NCBI GenBank assembly: GCA_013178285.1
Contig: JABLXD010000022.1
Coordinates: 3,802-67,801, forward strand
Length of the DNA stretch: 64,000 nucleotides
Direction: 5' to 3'
Source: Methanofastidiosum sp.
GTDB taxonomy: Archaea; Methanobacteriota_B; Thermococci; Methanofastidiosales; Methanofastidiosaceae
The notes under the pieces are model-generated. The model ran no database searches. It had not been told where the DNA came from and worked only from the letters and a program-made list of their open reading frames with translations. The position numbers and the translations under genes were made by a program. This document shows, piece by piece, positions 28,106 through 38,900 of the stretch (positions are counted from its first letter, which is position 1; the number at the start of each line of letters is the position of its first letter).

Positions 28106-29015
28106 GCAATAGCTCCCTTACAGTTTTTTTTACTGAATCAAAAGAATTGTATTTAGGGGCATACCCTAGGCTAATCAACTTGTCAATGCCCAATAGCATT
28201 CTTGGAATATCCCCCTTCCAGCCTATCTCCCCACCGGTAAACTTAAACTTTGGATTCAATCTCATTTTATTGGAAACAAGCTCCGCTATCTTTTCTACAG
28301 AAATGTGGTCTAGAGATCCTATATTGAAAATATTAACCTTATCATTGCTATTATTATATGCAAAAAGTATCTGGTCTATACATTCTCCAATATAGAGGTA
28401 AGATTTCAATTGTTTTCCGTCTCCAAGTATCTCAAGCTCTGTAGGATTCTTTTTCAGCTTCTCTATAAAATCCGGTATAATCCCGTGATTTGACCTTTCG
28501 CCGATTATGTTGGCAAATCTAAATATCCACGACTTAAAACCGAATGTATGGCAGTAAGAAGAAATCAACCCCTCACATGCAAGTTTAGACGCTCCGTAAA
28601 TAGATTCAGGTATCAAAGGCCCATAATGTTCTGGTGTCGGCATTGGAGCTCTTCCATATACAGTTGAAGAGGAAGTGAAGACAATCTTTCCTACATCCTT
28701 TTTTCTCATGGCCTCCAACACATTGTAAGTTGCAACGATATTTTGGTCGAAATGAATTTTTGTGTCAACTGCACTTAGCTTGACATCAGGATTAGCAGCT
28801 ATATGAAAAACTGTATCAATACCTTCAAAATCACTTAAAATACTTTCTAAATCTAGAAGGTCTTTATTTACAAAGGATGCCTTTGGATTAATATAATCTT
28901 TCTTGCCAGAGCTTAGATTATCAATTACAGTGACATTATTGTCATTGATAAGCCTATCAACAAGATGACTCCCTATGAAACCCGCTCCACCAGTAACTAA
29001 ATAATTAGCCATCAA
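28098..29015 (-). CDS. UDP-glucose 4-epimerase-like NAD-dependent epimerase
   Basis: TGGAGFIGS, SSSTVYG, YGASK, GDGKQ. Confidence 0.9.
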   Translation of the reverse strand: MMANYLVTGGAGFIGSHLVDRLINDNNVTVIDNLSSGKKDYINPKASFVNKDLLDLESILSDFEGIDTVFHIAANPDVKLSAVDTKIHFDQNIVATYNVLEAMRKKDVGKIVFTSSSTVYGRAPMPTPEHYGPLIPESIYGASKLACEGLISSYCHTFGFKSWIFRFANIIGERSNHGIIPDFIEKLKKNPTELEILGDGKQLKSYLYIGECIDQILFAYNNSNDKVNIFNIGSLDHISVEKIAELVSNKMRLNPKFKFTGGEIGWKGDIPRMLLGIDKLISLGYAPKYNSFDSVKKTVRELLHD

Positions 29016-29968
29016 TTTACCTCACAGATTTTATCTTTTATAGTTTTACTAAAAATCTTAGAATTTGCCCCTATAACTGCGTTTATTATAGTTGATGAGC
29101 TAACTATAGAGTTTGGTAGGATAACGGCATTATCGATATGGGAACTAGTGATATTACAATCCTTTCCAATTACAACGTTATTGCCTATCTCACATTTTTC
29201 ATCTATTTTTGAATTTTCACCGATAAAGGATTTGCCTTTAAGCAGTAAGGAATTTGCCTCTAGGTAAGAGTCTCGATCCCCTATATCAATCCACTTGCCA
29301 CCCATGACTTTCCCGTAAATAGGGTGTCCCATTCTTACTGCAAACTCAATAAACTTACCAGGGCTATCAACATAGCCGCTATCAACGGCTTTCCTAAGCA
29401 AAGAAATAGAACTCTTCGGATAAATATAAAGTGCTGTTGATACAAGTGATGATTTTGGGTCTTTTGGCTTCTCTTCAAAATGTTTTATGTAATTATTTTC
29501 AAGTGTTATCTCTGAATAAAGTTTTACCTTCTCCATATCTTTCAGATCATGCAATCCAACAGTTAGTGAATTTGACTTTTTATAAGTATCAACTAGTTCT
29601 TTAATTGAAAAGTCAAAGTAGTTATCCCCTGCACAAATCAATAGGTCATCACTTATCCCCTTACTATCAATTAGGTACAATATTGCTCTTAAAGCTCCTA
29701 GTTTTTCTGCCTCAGATTTCGCAGGCTCAATAAAAAGTTGAAATTTTTCACCTAGCTCTGATGAATCCACCCATTTTCTATAATCTTCTTCAAATAATTT
29801 TGATGTTGTTATGTAAATCTTATCTAAGTTTTTTATCTCAGATAATTTATCGCAGACATGCTCTAAGCAGGATTTATTGCCTAGCGGTAGCAAAGGCTTA
29901 CTACAGGTAAGCGGTTTCATTCGTGTAGCAAAGCCGCCTGCAAGAACTATTCCAATCATTTCGCTCAA
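29012..29968 (-). CDS. NDP-sugar synthase (sugar-1-phosphate nucleotidyltransferase)
   Basis: LAGGFATRMKPLT..KPLLP, FEEKP, WIDIG; hexapeptide-like tail. Confidence 0.88.
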   Translation of the reverse strand: MSEMIGIVLAGGFATRMKPLTCSKPLLPLGNKSCLEHVCDKLSEIKNLDKIYITTSKLFEEDYRKWVDSSELGEKFQLFIEPAKSEAEKLGALRAILYLIDSKGISDDLLICAGDNYFDFSIKELVDTYKKSNSLTVGLHDLKDMEKVKLYSEITLENNYIKHFEEKPKDPKSSLVSTALYIYPKSSISLLRKAVDSGYVDSPGKFIEFAVRMGHPIYGKVMGGKWIDIGDRDSYLEANSLLLKGKSFIGENSKIDEKCEIGNNVVIGKDCNITSSHIDNAVILPNSIVSSSTIINAVIGANSKIFSKTIKDKICEVN

Positions 29969-30369
29969 CTGTATGTTCTTTCCCAGTAGTAGCCTTTCTT
30001 ACCTGTGCTTTTGTCTACTTCTGCATACATAATGTAATGTGCAATCTTATCTGCATCTGTTATTGCACTTCCCTTTTGCAATGTCTCAAGGTCATCCCAT
30101 ACCTCTAACCAGATCTTTGTTTCTTTGATATCTTTTACTAGAAAGTCTACAAGGTCCTTAACTTGCGTTTTAGTTGCAGATGAGCTTACAATGATTACCA
30201 TGGTCCTTCTACCATCTTGCTCAATTCTGTCAATATACGTCCTATATGCAATTAGCTCTTTGTATTGTTCTGCTGGTTCCTCAGGTGTGACCGTAGTCTT
30301 TTTCTCTGAACAACCTGAAAATAATATTCCTCCTAAAATCAATAAAACTATTACTAATCTATACTTCAT
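29965..30369 (-). CDS. Hypothetical lipoprotein
   Basis: Lipobox FSGC; coupled to flanking genes. Confidence 0.6.
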   Translation of the reverse strand: MKYRLVIVLLILGGILFSGCSEKKTTVTPEEPAEQYKELIAYRTYIDRIEQDGRRTMVIIVSSSATKTQVKDLVDFLVKDIKETKIWLEVWDDLETLQKGSAITDADKIAHYIMYAEVDKSTGKKGYYWERTYS

Positions 30370-30889
30370 TTAAGACCTCCTTTTGAATTGGGTAGATCAT
30401 TTCAATCAAATAGTAAGCTATCCCCAATACCATAATTGATATTACTAAATTATAAATATTCTCAAAACTTAAAATGGTAAGACTTATCCAAAAAATAGCA
30501 GCGAGAGGTATTTCAGTCAGGATTTTCCTAGTAGAAATATCTTGTCTATTTTTGTAAAATAGAAACATGGTGAAAATAAAAGGCAAGGCCAACTGTTTTC
30601 CCATCTCAAGGAAAAAAGTTGTAGAATATAATGCCAAAGATATGGCCCAAATAAGGCATGTTAAAGTTAAAGCAAATACTATTCCATTATAGGATCTATT
30701 TTTAAATAAATCAAATCCAACATAAATATAAGAAACTAGCGCAAAAGCGCTTGCTATATTTTGTCCTATTAAAATGGTGCTACCATACAACAATTGACCA
30801 ATTTCATGAAAACCTATTAGAACATACCCAAAAATTAGTAAATTTAAAATTATAAAAGCTAACGAAAAAATATCTTTCATATGATTCAA
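30359..30889 (-). CDS. Hypothetical 6-TM membrane protein
   Basis: Hydrophobic ORF in operon, overlapping the downstream start. Confidence 0.55.
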   Translation of the reverse strand: MNHMKDIFSLAFIILNLLIFGYVLIGFHEIGQLLYGSTILIGQNIASAFALVSYIYVGFDLFKNRSYNGIVFALTLTCLIWAISLALYSTTFFLEMGKQLALPFIFTMFLFYKNRQDISTRKILTEIPLAAIFWISLTILSFENIYNLVISIMVLGIAYYLIEMIYPIQKEVLNEV

Positions 30890-30890
30890 C

Positions 30891-31229
30891 TTACAGTTTG
30901 TGTGGACTGCTCTCGAATGTTACTCCAAATCTTGTTGTAATTCGGTAGATATAGGTCTGACCTGGTTTGGCTGGGAATACTCCTCTCCAAGCCCCATTTT
31001 CATATGTTAGATCGTATGCGATTCCATCAATTATAACTTGGACTGAATCGAAGGTTCCTAAAGGCACATCTACTACAAAGGAATAGTTGTTACCGATTTG
31101 TTGAGGGCCTGGTGGAAATGGGCTAGAGCTGACTCCCCCAGTAACTACTGAAGGGTACTGAGCAGAAACGCTTGCCATTGCCATTACCATCATTAATATA
31201 GCAAGTCCTACTATCAACTTTGCTTTCAT
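30891..31229 (-). CDS. Small secreted beta-rich (Ig/CBM-like) protein, paralog 1
   Basis: Signal peptide ending SAQYPSVV; paralog of 34356-34706. Confidence 0.65.
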   Translation of the reverse strand: MKAKLIVGLAILMMVMAMASVSAQYPSVVTGGVSSSPFPPGPQQIGNNYSFVVDVPLGTFDSVQVIIDGIAYDLTYENGAWRGVFPAKPGQTYIYRITTRFGVTFESSPHKL

Positions 31230-31297
31230 TTAATCACCGATAATTGATTTTTTTTCTAATATATAAATCTTTCTAAAAAAATTTAAGATATTCGCAA

Positions 31298-31349
31298 AAA
31301 ATAGGGAAAATTTAAATTTTTCCCTATTTTCCCTATTTTTTTCCATATT
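31298..31349. repeat. Dispersed CCCTATTTT repeat module, copy C, forming a 13-bp inverted repeat
   Basis: AAAATAGGGAAAA-TTTAAAT-TTTTCCCTATTTT followed by CCCTATTTTTTTCCATATT. Confidence 0.8.
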
Positions 31350-31350
31350 T

Positions 31351-32856
31351 TTATTTGTTTTCAACTTCATAAATTGTAAGGGAAGGGTATGCAATGTCCG
31401 ATAGATATATCATTTCTCTAGAAATATAATAATTTTTAAGGAAAAATGAATCTTCTATAATGGCCTTGTAATTTATTGTATTTTTTCCACCGGAAACAAA
31501 TACATCTGGCCACCCTTCAACATACCACACCTTTTTCCCATTGAAAATTGCTGTATCAATCCTTTCTTTAACTTCTGTATCCTCCAAGGAATAAAAATCA
31601 ATTATCTCAGAGTTAAGATGCCCAGATAAATAATAAAATTTAAAGACCCTTCCATAAGGGGAAGCAATAGCATCCACGCCTTCAATTTCTACCATTTCAG
31701 TAACGCCATCAAAAAGAGAAAGTGGCGTTGCAACATGATTTTCTGCAAGGGATTTATCAGAAGCCCAGTTGTCCACCGTAATAACAGATGATCCCAACGA
31801 AGCAAAAATGCAGACACCGATAACTACAAACGAAATTAAATTGTTTTTCTCCCTCATCTTTATTATGCCGTATGAAACAAAAATTAGCATTAAAACTAGT
31901 GGCACTGAAAGGTACCTATGCGACCAGCCACTATAATTAATATAGAAGAGGGATATAACTAGAACTACTGAAACATAGAATAATTCGTCTATTTTCCTAA
32001 TATCTTTAAAATAAAAGATAAAGGGTATGATAGAGATAATCCCAAGAGAAAAAAAGATGCCAATCCCCATGTCAAATGAAAAGGCCATACTTGTTTGTGG
32101 TGAGGCTACTGGAGAGAGTAGTAACTTTAGGGTTGCAATGGTCAATGAAATGTAATCCTCTTTTATAAAAAAATTTGGCCCCCCTCCTCTTGTAAAAAAA
32201 TTTAAAGCATTCGGGAAGGAATAGAAGAATATTCCAAGTAAAGCCCCGTACACCGCTCCAGAAATAAGAAGATCTTTACTTTTGGGAATAGAAAATTTCC
32301 TAAAATAAAATAGGAAAAGATAGAACACAATAGCAAATAGGACGTTCGGCAGTTTAAATGAAAATAAGAGGAATAGAGAAATCCCAAGTAATATCCCTTT
32401 TACCGTGCTGGGCTTCTCCTTTAAAGACAAAAAAATAATCCCCGATATTAAAAAGAAAAAAACGACAAAGATGTCCCAAATCAAGACTTTTGACAGGGCC
32501 ACCAATGTAGGATTGATAGATACAAATAGTGCTGCCAAAGCAGCTATCCTTTCATCCTTTGTCATCTTTAAGACAAAGTAATAGGATAAGGGTATGCAGA
32601 GTATCCCGGCTAAACAGACTGCTAGAACAACAGGATACAAATCTTTTGATATGGAAAAGCACAGTAGGCCAAGTCCAGTTACACCTATCATGCCAGAATC
32701 GTATTTTACAGGTACACCTTGCAATATCTCCAAAGCAGGAGTCAATCTAAAAAAGGTATCATTGAACCATACGTAATTGGTGTTAAGCTTGTACAATCTT
32801 AAGAAACTTCCAAGTATAATGGAAAGTGCCAATATCTTAACTGCTGGGCTTTTCAT
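31351..32856 (-). CDS. GT-C (PMT/ArnT-like) membrane glycosyltransferase
   Basis: FLRLYKL...WFND N-terminal loop; about 11 TM segments; SHRYLS; soluble C-terminal tail. Confidence 0.65.
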   Translation of the reverse strand: MKSPAVKILALSIILGSFLRLYKLNTNYVWFNDTFFRLTPALEILQGVPVKYDSGMIGVTGLGLLCFSISKDLYPVVLAVCLAGILCIPLSYYFVLKMTKDERIAALAALFVSINPTLVALSKVLIWDIFVVFFFLISGIIFLSLKEKPSTVKGILLGISLFLLFSFKLPNVLFAIVFYLFLFYFRKFSIPKSKDLLISGAVYGALLGIFFYSFPNALNFFTRGGGPNFFIKEDYISLTIATLKLLLSPVASPQTSMAFSFDMGIGIFFSLGIISIIPFIFYFKDIRKIDELFYVSVVLVISLFYINYSGWSHRYLSVPLVLMLIFVSYGIIKMREKNNLISFVVIGVCIFASLGSSVITVDNWASDKSLAENHVATPLSLFDGVTEMVEIEGVDAIASPYGRVFKFYYLSGHLNSEIIDFYSLEDTEVKERIDTAIFNGKKVWYVEGWPDVFVSGGKNTINYKAIIEDSFFLKNYYISREMIYLSDIAYPSLTIYEVENK

Positions 32857-33370
32857 CTTCCTCCTCCAGAAGTAAAGATAATGATATAATCAAGACAGAA
32901 GTCATTATCCCAAGCAGTATGGAAATATAAGAAAGGTCCCAGAACCTATAAGTAATAAGGCCGCCACCCAGTATCCCAAGTATTACTATACCTAGGTAAT
33001 ATCTCACGGATTTATCTTTAGCATTAAATAGCAGTATTAAAGAGGCCAGTATGCATGCCAAGACAAGAAATCCTAAGACCGGCATTGAATAGAGCTTAAA
33101 GGAATAGAAGACGTATATCAAAAGGGTAACTATGATTAGAACAAAAACAACTGGCCCAATATTCTTTTCAGTTATTTTAAAGTTAAAATAGTTCAGAGCA
33201 GCAAAAAATATCAATAACAACTCAAGAAAAATAATAATACGTAGTGCATCGTTATTTTCTGGGAGCACCCCACTCAATTTAGAGAATAAGAGAACAAGAG
33301 ATGTGAAGAGTATAATTAAAGTCACAGGCAAAAGTTTTCTCATAGTAATTCTTTCCTCTTGGCTACTCAT
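32837..33370 (-). CDS. Hypothetical 6-TM membrane protein
   Basis: Hydrophobic ORF overlapping both neighbours. Confidence 0.55.
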   Translation of the reverse strand: MSSQEERITMRKLLPVTLIILFTSLVLLFSKLSGVLPENNDALRIIIFLELLLIFFAALNYFNFKITEKNIGPVVFVLIIVTLLIYVFYSFKLYSMPVLGFLVLACILASLILLFNAKDKSVRYYLGIVILGILGGGLITYRFWDLSYISILLGIMTSVLIISLSLLLEEEDEKPSS

Positions 33371-34268
33371 AAGATTTTAGTACGGATTTAACGCTCCCTT
33401 CTATTTGGCTTTGGAGGGAAAACTCCCCCTTTGGATCAAGGTAGTAGATGAAGCCTACAATATTTGAACTCTTAAACGATATTGCCCTCACTGGATATCT
33501 GTTACTGTTTTCAGTTAGGGCATAATCGTATTGTATGGAAGAAAGTTCTGTAGAAACGCCGTCCCCTCCTCTTGTATAGCCCCTCCTTAAGCTGTCAAAA
33601 CTTCCAACATAAGTTGAAATCTCCCTGAAGAACTTGTTGTGTTTGCCGTATTCAACGAGAAACAGTGTTATATAGACTTCAGCACCACCCGTAGTTTTGG
33701 AGGGGTAAATAACATATCCTTCCTTTACAACTGAGAGGTCTACCACACCTTCCGCCCCGTCAAGAGAGAAGTTGTCTATAGTCATACTCCGCATCAAGGA
33801 AAATGGCAAGGTAGCTAGAATCTTAGCTGGAACAGTGCTAGCTTCTCCTTGTGTGAATATGTGCCTTGACTTGTCGTCAATTATCGCCTTATCAATAGGC
33901 TCGATAGTAGTAGCAGGATCATTTTCAATTATGGCCTTAGGTATGGAAATAATCTTTTCAAATATAGTCTCCTCTTCACTAGCAGTTGTATCTAGCGGAG
34001 CGACGTACAGTACATTTGTAACAATCGCGTATGTGGATAAGGATAAAATCAGTAGGATCAAAAGTAAAAGTAAGCCTTTATTGCCCCTAGATAGCTTATT
34101 TGGAGTTTTCTTTCGGGATTCAATATCTTTTTGATAGGCTCTTTTCAAGTGGCGGGAAACTATCTCTTTCTTTAAAGATTCAAACTCGTCCTTTGATACC
34201 TCGCCTCTGACATATCTTCTCGTTGCTTCCCTAATCTCTCTATCGAACTCATCGTTTGTGGCCATCAA
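33363..34268 (-). CDS. SHOCT-like N-terminus, TM helix and extracellular domain, paralog 2
   Basis: YVRGEVSKDEFESLKKEI; the extracellular part aligns with 34747-35811. Confidence 0.6.
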   Translation of the reverse strand: MMATNDEFDREIREATRRYVRGEVSKDEFESLKKEIVSRHLKRAYQKDIESRKKTPNKLSRGNKGLLLLLILLILSLSTYAIVTNVLYVAPLDTTASEEETIFEKIISIPKAIIENDPATTIEPIDKAIIDDKSRHIFTQGEASTVPAKILATLPFSLMRSMTIDNFSLDGAEGVVDLSVVKEGYVIYPSKTTGGAEVYITLFLVEYGKHNKFFREISTYVGSFDSLRRGYTRGGDGVSTELSSIQYDYALTENSNRYPVRAISFKSSNIVGFIYYLDPKGEFSLQSQIEGSVKSVLKSYE

Positions 34269-34355
34269 CTGTAAAATAATCTAATATTTTTTTAACTTTT
34301 TCTGTTTAATTAGTTTAAGAAATAAATAAAAGAAAAATTTAATTTGATCTAATCT

Positions 34356-34706
34356 CTAAAGCTTTTGGTTTGCGCCCTGGAATACTACCCCTGCGGAAGT
34401 TACAATTTGATAGTAATAAATTGTACCTGATGAAAGCCCCGGTATTGTAACAATCCATCTAGTGTTACTGTATTCCATAGGGTAAGTCTTGCCGTTAATT
34501 ACAACGGAGACTGACGAGAATACTCCGCTTGGAGATTCTACAATGAAGGTGTATGACCCGTCTGGATTTACCTGGGGACCTACGCCTGCTGATGAAGATG
34601 AGTTGTCAACTACTGAAGGGTACTGGGCAGAAACTAAAGATAAGCTAAAGATTAGGATAGTTGCTATTGCAAATAAAGATAACTTAGACTTCATATATAT
34701 CCTCAT
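34356..34706 (-). CDS. Small secreted beta-rich (Ig/CBM-like) protein, paralog 2
   Basis: Signal peptide ending SAQYPSVV; YTFIV...YYYQI pattern shared with 30891-31229. Confidence 0.65.
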   Translation of the reverse strand: MRIYMKSKLSLFAIATILIFSLSLVSAQYPSVVDNSSSSAGVGPQVNPDGSYTFIVESPSGVFSSVSVVINGKTYPMEYSNTRWIVTIPGLSSGTIYYYQIVTSAGVVFQGANQKL

Positions 34707-34746
34707 TATAGTTAGTTAAATTTCTTTTATAAGTTTTTCCTTAAGG

Positions 34747-35811
34747 TTATTTGTAAGAATTTAATATTGAAATGATCTTTTTCTCATTGTCTATCTGGGA
34801 GGAAAAGAGCCCAAGGTTGTCAAGATGGTATATATAGACGATAAGATTAGATTTTTTAATCGCTGTAAGCCTTACATTTGACTGGAAAGATTTGTCACCT
34901 GCCGGATAAAACTTGAACTGGTATTGGATTGAGGGTGAAGATGTGAGTTTAGGGCCGTCCACCTTCTCATATAATGTAGAATTTATGTTGTATGCAGATT
35001 CAAACGATGACATGTATCGGTCAAGCTCTTTGAAGAATGTATCTTCCTTGCCGGGCTCAATGACAAATATCGTTATCATCGTGTTACTGTCTTTGGGTGG
35101 CCTGTCAGAGAAGAGGTAGTACCCGCCCCTCACAACTGAAGTGTTTATTATACCTTCACCACCGTATATTGAAGGTGTGCCAAAGCTCATTGATCTCGGT
35201 ACATTGATCTTCAATTCCGATTGAACCTTGTAGATAATTGAATTTGCCTCTGGGACTGTAAAGGTGTGTGTGGCTTTATCTTGGGAAATATAATCATCGA
35301 TTATAGTGTTTGTTTGTGTAATTGTTGATGTAGGTGTTTCTATGGTAGATGTGGATGAAACAGGTGGCGGGACTGAAATCTGAGGGATATTTGGAGGGGA
35401 GTATGGCTCAGAATTTTGATTGCCTGCCTGGCTATTATCCTGGCTCAATGAAGGGATTATCTCCTTTGGGACAGATTTCTCAATTGTGCTGACTATTACA
35501 GAGCCCTTTTGCCCAAGCTCTGGAATTATCTTAAAAGAAAGACCTATCAAGAGCAATCCAATCAAAATAAATGGGAATGCATTTTTTATAAAACTAGAAT
35601 CTTTTGCGGGTTTTTGGATTTTTTGTTTTCTAATCTTCTGTTTTTTTATGCGATGTGTATCTGTGTGTCCTTGAGGGATACCGCTTGCCCTAGCTAGAAT
35701 TTCCCTTTTTCTTATCTCATAATCCTTTTCCGGAATAGATCCGTTTTCATATTCCCTCTCAAGCCTGAAAAGCTGTCTTTCGGCTGAGGGAGGCATTTGA
35801 TTATTTTTCAT
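34747..35811 (-). CDS. SHOCT-like N-terminus, TM helix, S/T/P linker and extracellular domain, paralog 1
   Basis: YENGSIPEKDYEIRKREIL; RSM...GGEGIINTSVVRGGY shared with paralog 2. Confidence 0.6.
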   Translation of the reverse strand: MKNNQMPPSAERQLFRLEREYENGSIPEKDYEIRKREILARASGIPQGHTDTHRIKKQKIRKQKIQKPAKDSSFIKNAFPFILIGLLLIGLSFKIIPELGQKGSVIVSTIEKSVPKEIIPSLSQDNSQAGNQNSEPYSPPNIPQISVPPPVSSTSTIETPTSTITQTNTIIDDYISQDKATHTFTVPEANSIIYKVQSELKINVPRSMSFGTPSIYGGEGIINTSVVRGGYYLFSDRPPKDSNTMITIFVIEPGKEDTFFKELDRYMSSFESAYNINSTLYEKVDGPKLTSSPSIQYQFKFYPAGDKSFQSNVRLTAIKKSNLIVYIYHLDNLGLFSSQIDNEKKIISILNSYK

Positions 35812-35843
35812 GGCTATTTAGTATAGTATTAAAAATAATTTAA

Positions 35844-35914
35844 AAGAAAAAGATTAAAAAATTAAAGATTCTTTTTCTTTATCTTAATTGAGGATGGTGG
35901 TAGTCCGCCTTTGT
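35844..35914. terminator. R4: native 3' end of the giant surface gene with hairpin and U-rich tract
   Basis: Minus strand AAGAAAAAGA...TAA...TCTTTTTCTT, a 10-bp stem spanning the stop codon. Confidence 0.55.
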
Positions 35915-38900
35915 GTCTGTGAGGTCTAAGCTTTGGTGCGCCTGGTCTTCCTGGTAGGGCTGGTCCCTTTGGCATTGGTGGTCTCTTTGGACCTCCTTTA
36001 TTTGCAAATTTAAGGAAGTATATTGCACCAGCAAGTATTAGTAATCCAAGACCTATACCAAGGTATAGTATTAAGTTGTTCTTTGGAAGTGCAGTGTCAA
36101 CAATTGCTGTTGCCTCGCCTGCTGTTATCTGCTCCTCTACTGCAGTGTATCCGCCTTTCGATACTTTGACTGTGTGTGTTCCGAGTTTGAGCCCTGTAAC
36201 AAGAAGCTCTCCCTGGTCATCTGTTATTCCAGAAAGTGTGCCGTCGATATAGACACTTGCTCCAGTAAGTGGTGCGCCGCTTGCATCTGTTGCAACTACC
36301 CTAATTGAGCCTGTTGCAGGGGCTAAAGTTATAGATAGTGATGAAGTCTGGTTTGATGTGATGTTAGTTGTCTGCTGAAGGCTTTCTGCAAATCCACTAG
36401 ATACTGCTGATACCCTGTATGCGCCTGGTGCAAGCTGAGTTGAGCCTGTACCTCCAGATGTTGTAATTGACCTAACTACAGCTCCAGTGCTTGATCTTAT
36501 TGTTACTGTAGCGGTGTTTATTGTTGCACCTTTGTCATCTTTAACTGATACTGTTAGTGTACCTCTTATTGAGTTAAGCACTATGTTTCCAAGAACAGAT
36601 TGCAAGTTTACTGTCTGCTTTGACTGGACACTGAATGATGAGGATGTGTATGCATCGTATCCTGCCTTTGATATTGTCACGATGTATGTTCCAGGTAGTG
36701 CATCGAAGGAGAACTGGCCTATTGAGTTAGTTGTCTTTGTATCGACAAACTCCTCACCAGGGTACTTCTTCAATACAACAGTTGCAGATGAAACTATCTG
36801 GCCGGTGTCATCCTGGACTATTCCTGTGACTGTTCCCTTTGTTTCAAGGATTACAATCTTTTCTCCAGTTGTGAGTGATGTAGGCTGTAAGTCTCTTAAT
36901 TCCTTTTCGTATGCCGGGATCTTTATGTAGTATGTGCCTGTTGAGGGGAGTGGTGATGACTGGAACTTTCCTTCACTGTTTGTAAGACGGCTATCTACCT
37001 TTACATCTGTAGACTGATTGTATATGTCTATCAAGACATTTGGTGCAGCAGTTCCTATTGCATCAAAGTATACTGATCCCCAGACATAACCCTCTGTACC
37101 TGGTGTTGTTAGAGTTATAGTCTGTGTTGTGTTTCCATTAACTAGGACTGTAGCTGTTCCATAGTCGACATATCCTGAGGCAGTTATGTTGTTTATTGTG
37201 TGGTTACCTCCGGAAAGGCTTGAGAATGTTACCTGCCCTGCAGCATCAGTTGTCTGGGCTGTGCCGTCAACTGTGACTGTAGCACCGGATATTGCAGTTC
37301 CTCCAGAGTTTTGTACTGTGATTGTCAAGTTTCCTGCAGAGTATGTTATTGGAACACACACACCAGATTGACAGGTCTGACCTGAGGGACATGGAACTGT
37401 TGAAGAACACTCTGGTGTTGATGGCTGCTCGTTGTCAGGGACATTCACTGTAAAACTCCATGGGGCTGTGAACTGAGTTCTATTTCCTGCAGTATCTACT
37501 GCACATACTCTCCAGAAGTATGTTCCATTGTAGAGTGGTGTCTGAATGGTGTACCCCATGTTTAGTAATAGGTTATTGTCTGGATTAACTCCCAATACCT
37601 GGAAAACCCCAGCGATATCTGTTGTTTTATCAGAGGGGAAAGTAATATCTTTGGAGTATTGTATTATATAGCTTGATATCTCCCTTACTACACAATCACA
37701 CCTTGAATGTCTCCATTCTAAAGAGGGATTTCTTGTGTTAGTAGTGAATCCATTTGATGGTGATCTAAGTCCTAATGCTAAATTGTCTCTTGGAGCAACT
37801 AAGCATTCATCTGGCCAGTTGTTGTTACAAGTAGTTACCCCTGAAGGTATTTCGCCCCAAACTAGAGGAGGGGATGTGCTTACCCTAAAGTTTCTTGTAG
37901 GCGAATTTGTTCCACGATTTCCAGCAGAATCAACTGCATATACTCTCCAATAGTAAGCATCGCCTGGGTTAGTTAATAGAGTTTCTGGGAAATCCTTTGT
38001 AGGCACAAAAACTTGTAGTAGTTAATGGACCTCTTTGATAAGTCACGTCTTTCCATGGCGTAAATTGGCTAGTATTCCATTTTGAATCAGGAGAAGTTCC
38101 ACTAAATGAAGAATTTGCAGGTCCTGGTGCGTCGGGGAAACTTGCATTTCCAGATATTTGGATATAGTATCTTACTGGATTAGATAAATCATTCGTATCC
38201 GATACAGACGCCCAAGTAAATGTTGGCCTCTTGTTCTGGCTTACCTGTCCATCTGTCAACGTAATTAGTTGTGGTCCTGGAGGGCCTGTTGTATCAACAG
38301 TAAATCTCCAAGTCCCAGAGTAAGCCTGTGAATCTAAGTTTGATGAAACCGCCCAGTACCAGACCCCGTCTTCAAGCCTGCCTATGGCTGGTGTTGGCGG
38401 AGTTGATACTGAAACATTATAGTCCATTATACTAGTTGTTAAAGGGTCCCAATCATTTGAAAATCCGTTGACTGCGATCTTATCAGGGTATAATGTATAG
38501 TTAATAAAGACATTGTCCCCTCTAGAGAGTCTTATGTTATAAGATGTAGCACTTGGAACTTTTCCCCATCTTAAAACTGGGTCATTATAATTCAAGAGAG
38601 AGAGATCAGTTGGTGAATTAAGTCCAGGTCTTACAGTTGAAACTGAGAACTGCCTTGTTTCAGAATATGGGCTCTGATTACCTAGTTTATCTGTCGCCCA
38701 TACTCTCCAGTACCATGATCCATTTGAAAGTGCTTGAGATTTGTGGCCCCTACTATTTACAACTGATGTTCCTATTGACCAGTTATTGTAATTTGCAGCT
38801 GAGCCAGTATCACAAAAAACAGGAGAATTTATAGATTCATTTACATCAACACTTTGTGTAATAACATTTGATGAGAAATCAGCTGTTGTTGAGTATTGGA

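Noticed and set aside
15018-38011. Sec/Pyl stop-codon readthrough to explain the split genes
   Set aside because: The breaks are frame changes in homopolymer runs, not in-frame TGA or TAG codons.
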